From the NCBI GenBank assembly GCA_050015255.1, contig JBEKBT010000005.1, forward strand, positions 657 through 64,656: a DNA stretch of 64,000 nucleotides, given 5' to 3'. A program made the translations under genes and the position numbers. Under the pieces are notes generated by a model that saw only the letters and a list, made by a program, of their open reading frames with translations, ran no database searches and was not told the DNA's origin. Each line of letters starts with the position of its first letter. Position 1 is the stretch's first letter. The stretch is from Acidimicrobiales bacterium. GTDB lineage: Bacteria > Actinomycetota > Acidimicrobiia > Acidimicrobiales > Bog-793. This document shows positions 57,511-64,000 of the stretch, one piece after another.

Positions 57511-60080
57511 CAACGGGCTGCGACCTCGGTCTCAATCGCGCTGAGAAGCCCCTCGACGCGGTGGCGTTCCCCGACGACGCCCTCGGGGGACACCGGCCCG
57601 GTGGCGACCTCGAAGTAGACCTTCAACTTGGGCTCGGTGCCACTCGGCCTCAGCACGACGCGAGCTCCCTCCTCGAGCCGGAGAATCAGCCCATCGGTCG
57701 GGGGAAGCTCTGCGGTCCCCCTGGAGAGGTCCACGACTTCCCTCACGGCCAGACCGGCGATTTTCGTCGGCGGTTCGGCGCGCCAGCGGTCGACGATCTG
57801 GGCCATCTCGTCCTGCGCCTCCGAGTCGGAGAGCCTGAGCGACCACTGGCCGGTCACGTGCACACCGAAAAGGCATGCGAGGTCGTCCAGCCGAGCTAAC
57901 AACGACGTCCCGTGAACCTTCGCAGTGGCGGCGATCTCGGCCGCGACGAGCGCGGCCGACAGGCCATCCTTGTCGGAGACGGCGTCACCCACCACGTAGC
58001 CGAGCGCCTCCTCGTACCCGAAGACGAGCCGCGTCCCGGGACGGCGCAGGGCCGCCCTTGCGATCCACTTGAAGCCGGTGAGGGTCTCGACATAGGCGAC
58101 CCCGGCCGCCGCTGCCAGCTTGGACAGCATCGTCGAGGAGACGATCGTCGTCGCCACGAGCCGGTCGTCGCCCTCGGTTATGCGAAGCACGTGATCACCG
58201 AGGAGCACACCGACCTCGTCACCTGTCAGCCTTCTCCACGCTTTCGTCTCCGGATCCGGCACGCCGATGGCCAAACGGTCGGCGTCGGGGTCGTTGGCGA
58301 TCACGATGTCCGCGTCGAGCCGGACAGCGTCAGAAAATGCGAGATCGAGCGCCCCGGGCTCTTCCGGGTTGGGAAAGGCCAGCGTCGGAAAGTCCGGGTC
58401 GGGCGCCCCCTGAGCCGCGACAACCGACACAGGACCGAAACCGGCCGACTCCAACAAAGCCGGGACGACCGCGCCGCCCACGCCGTGCAGTGGCGTGTAC
58501 ACGATCCGGAGCTGCCGCGCTCCCGCCGGGTCGAGGAACGCGAACGCCCTACGCCGGTAGGCCTCGAGCAGCTCCGCCTCGTCGATGAGCTCGACCTGCT
58601 CGGATGCGAGATCCTCCGGCACTGCGATCGCGCTCGCCGGCGCCTTGGCCGCCGCCTCGGCGATGTGCGCGTCGTCCGGCGGGATCACCTGGGCGCCGTC
58701 TGCCGCGTAGACCTTGTAACCGTTGTCGACGGCAGGGTTGTGGCTCGCCGTGACCATCACCCCTCCAGCCGCGCCGAAGTGCTTGACGGCAAAGGCGGTA
58801 AGGGGGGTCGGTAACGGGCGGGAGAACTCGCGGACGTGTACCCCTGCCGCGGAGGCGACCGCGGCGGTGTCGCCCGCGAACTCTTCTGACCCGTGGCGCG
58901 CATCGCGGCCGACGACGATCCCGCGCCGCGCAGCCTCGGCGCCCTGGTCGAGCACCCAGCGCGCCACGCCTGCGGTCGTCTTGCGGACGACCAGGCGGTT
59001 CATCCTCGCGGGGCCGGCCCCGAGCTCTCCGCGGAGCCCGGCAGTGCCGAAGGTGAGCGGGCGCTCGAACCGGTCCCGCAACGCGTCAGAGTCCCCAGCT
59101 TGGATGAGCGCCGCTAGTTCTGCGCGCGTCGCGGGGTCCGGATCGGCAGCCATCCACGCCTCCGCCTCGGCGAGGAGATCGGCGGGGATCGGCTCGGTCC
59201 CCTCGTGGCCGGCCGTCATAGCCGCCAGCACTCCGGCTATCAGCCGTGCCAGGTACGGTGCCGCCGCGGTGCCAGCAGCCAGCACCTCGGCGTGGTCGAG
59301 CGGGGTTGGGCTCACGCCCGCCGCCAGGTTCGTGACGAGCGAGATACCGAGCACCGAGGCCCCGAGATGGTGAGCCGCGATCGCCTCGAGCGTCGTGGAC
59401 ATCCCGACCAGGTCCGCCCCCATCTTCCGCAGCATCGCGACCTCGGCGGGCGTCTCGTACTGAGGGCCGTTTAGGCCGGCGTAGACGCCTTCGGACAGCG
59501 TGGGGTCCGCCGACTTGGCGAGCGCCCGCAGCTTTGCCGGATATAGCTCTGTCAGGTCCACAAAACGCCCCCGGTAGCCCTCCGGAGGGGGAGGCCCGCT
59601 CAGCGGCGAGGTGCCCGTCAAGTTGAGATGGTCCCGGATCAGCACCGCTTGGCCTGGCCGCATCGCCGGGTCGAGGCCGCCGGCGGCATTGGTCAAGATG
59701 ACGACCCGGGCACCGGCGATGACGGCGGTGCGCACCGGATGGACGACTTCGGCCGGCGAACGGCCTTCGTAAAGATGGACGCGACCGATGAGCAACAGGA
59801 CGCGGTGATCACCGATGCTGAGCGAACGCAGCTCGCCGTGATGGCCGGCAACCGTGGGCGCCACGAATCCCGGCAGGCCACTGGTCGACCGCTCGGCCTC
59901 GGCACTGCCGAGCCCGTCGGCTACCCCTTGCCAGCCCGAGCCGAGGACGATCGCCACGTCGTGTACCCGACCGCCGGCCCAATGGTTCACCTCGTCGGCG
60001 GCCTGGCTTGCGAGCGCGAACGGGTCCGTCGAGCCGGAGGTGGCTGTCATGGACGGAAGGTCAGGAGCCGAAATGGCCAT
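57474..60080 (-). CDS. Fusion protein: purine nucleoside phosphorylase (PunA type) joined to a phosphosugar mutase (PGM/PMM family, PmmB-like)
   Basis: Residues 1 to about 290 are PunA-like (VAIVLGSGW...GHHGEL...GRVHLYEG...ILTNAAGG). The remainder is a phosphohexomutase-type domain (TFGTAGLRG, active-site [15 protein letters not shown]). The ORF is a single open frame of 868 aa. Confidence 0.8.
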   Translation of the reverse strand: MAISAPDLPSMTATSGSTDPFALASQAADEVNHWAGGRVHDVAIVLGSGWQGVADGLGSAEAERSTSGLPGFVAPTVAGHHGELRSLSIGDHRVLLLIGRVHLYEGRSPAEVVHPVRTAVIAGARVVILTNAAGGLDPAMRPGQAVLIRDHLNLTGTSPLSGPPPPEGYRGRFVDLTELYPAKLRALAKSADPTLSEGVYAGLNGPQYETPAEVAMLRKMGADLVGMSTTLEAIAAHHLGASVLGISLVTNLAAGVSPTPLDHAEVLAAGTAAAPYLARLIAGVLAAMTAGHEGTEPIPADLLAEAEAWMAADPDPATRAELAALIQAGDSDALRDRFERPLTFGTAGLRGELGAGPARMNRLVVRKTTAGVARWVLDQGAEAARRGIVVGRDARHGSEEFAGDTAAVASAAGVHVREFSRPLPTPLTAFAVKHFGAAGGVMVTASHNPAVDNGYKVYAADGAQVIPPDDAHIAEAAAKAPASAIAVPEDLASEQVELIDEAELLEAYRRRAFAFLDPAGARQLRIVYTPLHGVGGAVVPALLESAGFGPVSVVAAQGAPDPDFPTLAFPNPEEPGALDLAFSDAVRLDADIVIANDPDADRLAIGVPDPETKAWRRLTGDEVGVLLGDHVLRITEGDDRLVATTIVSSTMLSKLAAAAGVAYVETLTGFKWIARAALRRPGTRLVFGYEEALGYVVGDAVSDKDGLSAALVAAEIAATAKVHGTSLLARLDDLACLFGVHVTGQWSLRLSDSEAQDEMAQIVDRWRAEPPTKIAGLAVREVVDLSRGTAELPPTDGLILRLEEGARVVLRPSGTEPKLKVYFEVATGPVSPEGVVGERHRVEGLLSAIETEVAARCQSISASSPKKP

Positions 60081-60103
60081 CTGGCGCCTTTCCCCGGCAT
60101 CCC

Positions 60104-60973
60104 TCAGACCCCGACGGGGTGCCAGACCGTCTTGGTCTCCAGGAAGGCCAGCATGCGACGCGGCGTGGGCGACGCGGTCCAGTCGGGCTCGGTGGCATCA
60201 GGATGGAGCACGCGTTTGACGTTCGTCACCGCGGCCAGCTCGAGCTCGGCCAGGAGTGAGGAGGGAGCGCCCGCCAGATCGAGCGCGTCGACATCGCGAT
60301 GGGCGGCGAGCACCGGCGCGAGCTCGGCTACCCGGCCTGTGAGCAGGTTCACCGCGCCGCCGGGAAGATCCGACGTCGCCAGCACCTCGGCGAGGGTGAT
60401 GGCCGGTAAGGGCCTCTTCTCGCTCGCCAGCACCACGACCGCGTTACCGGTCACCAGCACCGGTGCAAGGACGCTGACGAGCCCCAAAAGCGAGGACGTC
60501 TGCGGCGCCACCACACCCACGACGCCGGTCGGCTCGGGCACGCTGAAGTTGAAGAACGGCCCGGCGACAGCATTGGAGGAGCCGGCGACCTGGGCCACCT
60601 TGTCCGCCCACCCGGCGTACCAGACCCAGCGGTCGACCGCGGCCTCGACACTCGCCGCCGCCTGCTTGTGGTTCATGCCCTCGCTCGAGCCGACCTCTTC
60701 GACGAACTGGGCTCGCCGCCCGTCGAGCATCTCGGCGACCCGGTAAAGGACCTGGCCCCGGTTGTAGGCGGTGGCGCCGGCCCAGCCGGGCTGTGCCTTG
60801 CGGGCCGCCACGACGGCGTCGCGCACATCTTTTCTCGACGCGAGCGCCGCGTTGGCCAGGAAGGCGCCATCGGAGCCCACCACGACATATGACCGACCGG
60901 ACTCCGAGCGCGGGAAGGCACCCCCGATGTAGAGCTTGTAGGTCTTGCGCACGGCCAGGCGTTGCTCAGACAT
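60104..60973 (-). CDS. Short aldehyde-dehydrogenase-family protein
   Basis: 289 aa starting MSEQRLAVRKTYKLYIGGAFPRSESGR. The ATG at 60973 overlaps the upstream ALDH stop by 8 nt. It resembles the second, short ALDH-like gene of actinobacterial deoC loci. Confidence 0.7.
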   Translation of the reverse strand: MSEQRLAVRKTYKLYIGGAFPRSESGRSYVVVGSDGAFLANAALASRKDVRDAVVAARKAQPGWAGATAYNRGQVLYRVAEMLDGRRAQFVEEVGSSEGMNHKQAAASVEAAVDRWVWYAGWADKVAQVAGSSNAVAGPFFNFSVPEPTGVVGVVAPQTSSLLGLVSVLAPVLVTGNAVVVLASEKRPLPAITLAEVLATSDLPGGAVNLLTGRVAELAPVLAAHRDVDALDLAGAPSSLLAELELAAVTNVKRVLHPDATEPDWTASPTPRRMLAFLETKTVWHPVGV

Positions 60974-62045
60974 CGAGGTACGCCGCCAGCCCTTGCCGGC
61001 CGCCCTCCCTGCCGAAACCCGACTCCCTGTAACCGCCGAAGGGGCTGGCGGGGTCGAAGCGGTTGAAGCCGTTCGCCCACACGACCCCGGCCCGTAGTTG
61101 ACCGGCCATCCACAAGATCCGGCTCCCCTTCTCGGTCCAGACGCCGGCGGAAAGGCCGTAGACGGTGTTGTTCGCCTTGGCGACAGCCTCCTCCGGGGTG
61201 CGGAAGGTGAGGACCGAGAGCACAGGGCCGAAGATCTCCTCCTGGGCGATCCGGTGTGCCTGGGAGACGCCCGTGAACACCGTCGGGGGGAACCAGTAGC
61301 CGCGCTCCGGGAGAGTGCAGCTGGGTGACCAGCGCACGGCCCCCTCGGCTTCTCCCTCCTCCACGAGGCTGCGGATCTTCTCGAGCTGGGCGGCGTTGTT
61401 GATCGCACCGAGGTCCGTGTTCTTGTCGAGCGGGTCGCCGACGCGAAGAGTCGCCAGGCGACGCTTCAGCTTGTCGACGACGACGTCCGCGATCGACTCT
61501 TGAACCAAAAGGCGCGAGCCTGCGCAGCAGACCTCACCTTGATTGAAGAAGATGCCGTTGACGATTCCCTCGATCGCCTGGTCCACCGGCGCGTCGTCAA
61601 AGACGACGTTCGCCCCCTTGCGACCGAGCTCGAGCGTCAAGTGCTTGCCCGTCCCGGCCAGGGAACGCTGGAGATCCTTGCCGATCTCGGTCGACCCGGT
61701 GAAAGCCACCTTGCGCACCCCGGGATGGGCGACGAGCGCAGCCCCGGCAACAGACCCGGCACCGGTGAGGACGTTGACGACCCCGGGCGGCAGGTCGGCC
61801 TGCTGGATGATCTCGGCCAGCAAAAGGGCACTGAGAGGCGTCGTCGTTGCCGGCTTCAGCACACAGGTGTTGCCGGCCGCGAGCGCCGGAGCCAGCTTCC
61901 AGGCCGCCATCATCAACGGGAAGTTCCAGGGGATGACCTGGCCGGCGACTCCGATCGGGCGCGGGTCCGGCCCGAAGCCCGCGTACTCGAGCTTGTCCGC
62001 CCAGCCCGCGTAGTAGAAGAAATGAGCGGCCGCCAACGGGGGAAG
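60966..62045 (-). pseudogene. N-terminally truncated NAD-dependent aldehyde dehydrogenase
   Basis: Homology starts at LPPLAAAHFFYYAGWADK, which is about residue 125-130 of full-length ALDHs, and runs to a normal C-terminus (ELGRKGANVV, EVCCAGSR, PFGGYRESGFGRE). The missing N-terminal region is replaced by out-of-frame deoC sequence. Confidence 0.65.
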
Positions 62046-62548
62046 GCCGTTGCCACCGAAGCCACCTTCACGCTGCTGCCCATGAGCGCCCGCTTCGCGA
62101 TCGGCACGAGGTCCGGGTAGATGCACACGGCGGCCACCGAGGGCACGTCCGCATCGGCCGGGTCAGGCCGGCGCGCCTTGGCGCACAAGCTCAGGACCTT
62201 CCCGGGTGTGTCGGCCCCCTCGAGGGTCGTGAGGTCGACCATGCGCACCGCCATGTCGAGCGCCCACAGCTTGGCTGTGGTCTTGATCGATCGGGTGGCG
62301 AGCGAGGCCACCCTCGCTTCGGCACCGACTTGGTCGACTCCGGGCAGGCCGTGGAGGAAACGGCGCAGCTCGGTCTCCGAGCGACCCAGCTGCGCGAGCA
62401 TGTCCGCGGCAGAACCGTCCGCACCGACGATGGAACTGCCCACAGCGGCGGTACCCACGAGCGGCGCCCCAGCCTGACCTGAGACGAGGCCGCCGGGCCC
62501 ACCAACGCCGGCCGGCATAGTCGTTGTCGCCTCGGTCTCCATTCGCAC
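62039..62548 (-). pseudogene. deoC: Deoxyribose-phosphate aldolase, 5' fragment only
   Basis: Residues 1-170 match the long actinobacterial DeoC N-terminus (LRRFLHGLPGVDQVGAEARVASLATRSIKTTAKLWALDMAVRMVDLTTLEGADTPGKV...VKVASVATAFP). The frame then runs into ALDH sequence out of frame until the stop at 61913. The catalytic barrel C-terminal half is absent. Confidence 0.65.
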
Positions 62549-62606
62549 ACCTCACAGCTCAAGGCCGGGGTTGAGCCTACCGTGCGTCACACAGCGGCCG
62601 GGACGG

Positions 62607-63167
62607 TCACCGTTCCTCCGGCGCCGCGTCCCGCGCCGCTGCTGTCTCGAGCTCGGCGGCGGTGAACACGGCGCTCACCTCGAGGCCGGCGGCACGCAGA
62701 GAATCGTGGCGACCGTCGCTCCGGTCGATGACACAGAGCACGTGGTCCACGATGGCGCCGAGCCGGCGGAGATCCTCGGTCGACATGACCACTTGACCAC
62801 CTGTCGTGATCACATCCTCGACGACGAGCACCCGTCGGCCCGAGACATCACCTCCCTCGGCCAGCTTGGCAGTCCCGTACTGTTTCGCCGCCTTGCGGAC
62901 GAACACCGCCTCGAGCCCCGTCTCGAGCGAGAGCGCGGTCGCGAGCGGGACACCCCCAAGCTCGAGGCCGGCGAGAACCTCCGTGCCGGCGGGTATCAGG
63001 GGGACGGCCTGAGCCACCACCTCCCGTAGCAATGCCGGGTCAACCTCGAACTGGTACTTGTCGAAGTAGTAACTGGCGATCTGGCCCGAACGGAGGGTGA
63101 ATGTGCCTACGAGCCGGCAGCGATCATTGACAAGGGCAGCGAGCGTCTGTCTGTCCATCACCGCCAA
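62607..63167 (-). CDS. pyrE: Orotate phosphoribosyltransferase
   Basis: FTLRSGQIASYYFDKY and the PRPP motif RVLVVEDVITTGG. Confidence 0.9.
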   Translation of the reverse strand: MAVMDRQTLAALVNDRCRLVGTFTLRSGQIASYYFDKYQFEVDPALLREVVAQAVPLIPAGTEVLAGLELGGVPLATALSLETGLEAVFVRKAAKQYGTAKLAEGGDVSGRRVLVVEDVITTGGQVVMSTEDLRRLGAIVDHVLCVIDRSDGRHDSLRAAGLEVSAVFTAAELETAAARDAAPEER

Positions 63168-63562
63168 GTCTGCCGCGCGGCCCTGAGGGCGGCGCCAGTT
63201 TCTCCGGCGCGACTCATCGCGCGCCCCTCACGCTTCTATGCGTCACGACGTGATCCTCAAGCTCATTGACGAATTGGTCGATAGCCATTGCGACTGTCCG
63301 CCGCGGGCGTCGGTCTTCACACGGCGCTCGCGGTGACACGGATACGTGCCTCGGTGGTCATTTCGGGGACTGGTGAATGCCGAGGGTCGGGCGACCCTGA
63401 ACTTTGGAGTGAGGGTAGATTGACCGCTCTGACAGGGCTGGCGGACGAGAGAAACAGGGTCGGCTTGCCTAACGACGCGGGGTCGACGCGAGCCCGGGGG
63501 CGCCTCCGATCGCGGACAGCTGGTCGTAGCGGCTGGGCGGAAGCTGGAAAGGCTGTGAGAAG

Positions 63563-64000
63563 GTGAAACTGTCGCGGAAGTTGGCCGCGGCGACTCTGCA
63601 AGTCGCCGCGACAATTGCTCTTGGCGCTGCACTCGTGCCCGTGCTGTCGAGTCCCGCGGCAGCAGACGGCTATGCCCAGGCACCTCCCTTCTCGGACACT
63701 ACGCCGGCGGGCACGGCCTACAGCACCGGCCAGCTCGCGACCTCGGGCGGCACCGGTGGCGACACCTACACCCAGACGAGCGGGACGCCGGATGTGACCG
63801 TCTCGCCCTCCGGCGCCGTCTCGGCCCCGGGCACGCTCCCCGCCGGCAGCTACCCAGCCGCTGGCACGGTCACCGACAACAGTAGTGATGAAACCAGCTG
63901 GAGCTTCACCCTGACGGTCACCCCCGTGACTGCGCCGACCTCCGGCTCGACGCCGGCGGGCACGGCCTACAGCACCGGCCAGCTTGTGAGCTCGGGCGGC
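63563..64000 (+). CDS. Secreted repeat-domain protein, 5' partial; continues past the window end
   Basis: It is absent from the ORF track because there is no stop codon in the window. A GTG at 63563 follows GGAAAGG. The signal peptide is VKLSRKLAAATLQVAATIALGAALVPVLSSPAAA|DG. There are 146 open codons with high GC3. An 83-aa period repeat begins TPAGTAYSTGQL. Confidence 0.6.
   Translation, partial: MKLSRKLAAATLQVAATIALGAALVPVLSSPAAADGYAQAPPFSDTTPAGTAYSTGQLATSGGTGGDTYTQTSGTPDVTVSPSGAVSAPGTLPAGSYPAAGTVTDNSSDETSWSFTLTVTPVTAPTSGSTPAGTAYSTGQLVSSGG

Noticed and set aside
62046-62126. GTG at 62126 as a genuine start for the aldehyde dehydrogenase (386-aa track ORF).
   Set aside because: The first ~27 codons are out-of-frame deoC sequence with no ALDH homology. 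No ribosome-binding site precedes it. The resulting protein would lack about 125 N-terminal residues of the NAD-binding domain.
63340-63520. CGGGGA...GGTGAAT (reminiscent of ydaO/c-di-AMP riboswitches) and GACGCGAGCCCGGGG (reminiscent of GEMM-I/c-di-GMP riboswitches) upstream of the secreted repeat protein.
   Set aside because: Only isolated short matches are present. The conserved CCCGAACCCGNCAGCUAAC (ydaO) and GGCAAA...ACGCAAAGCC (GEMM-I) elements are not. It is left as something to test with Rfam rather than claimed.

Overview
High-GC, gene-dense chromosomal segment with about 58 supportable CDS. I found no rRNA, tRNA, CRISPR array or IS element. The gene content looks actinobacterial: a Bpa/PafE proteasome activator, DUF3151, DUF1707, a PspC-domain kinase, a HAIR/HspR-type operator upstream of lon, and a Streptomyces-like long DeoC. 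Main blocks in order: tldD/pmbA; lon; a compact hoxEFUYH-hoxW-hypA NAD-linked [NiFe]-hydrogenase cluster; msrBA; a glpD / HAD / GntR / MIP-channel locus; marR plus an ABC exporter; trpB2; a GDE-like glucosidase plus GT4; upp and other phosphoribosyltransferases; an MBL-Rieske fusion protein; two GGDEF-EAL proteins flanking bpa and a UvrD-like helicase; a PspC / kinase / LuxR module followed by a tryptophanase-like lyase; a radical-SAM plus tag repair pair; and a large nucleoside-catabolism supercluster (cdd, deoA, add, fused punA-pmm, ALDH genes, deoC, pyrE). The most notable observations are listed here. (1) An apparent ~1 kb deletion scar joins the first ~170 codons of deoC, out of frame, to an N-terminally truncated aldehyde dehydrogenase. 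(2) One ORF encodes a purine nucleoside phosphorylase fused to a phosphosugar mutase. (3) The Hox hydrogenase operon is translationally coupled at five of its six junctions. (4) Conserved tryptophanase N-terminal residues are encoded upstream of the first canonical start codon. (5) A HAIR operator lies upstream of lon. (6) A 493-bp lower-GC intergenic island is packed with ACGT-core palindromes. Many long ORFs in the track are antisense or alternate-frame artefacts of the high GC content and were rejected. Motif coordinates were counted by hand and may be off by 1-2 nt.
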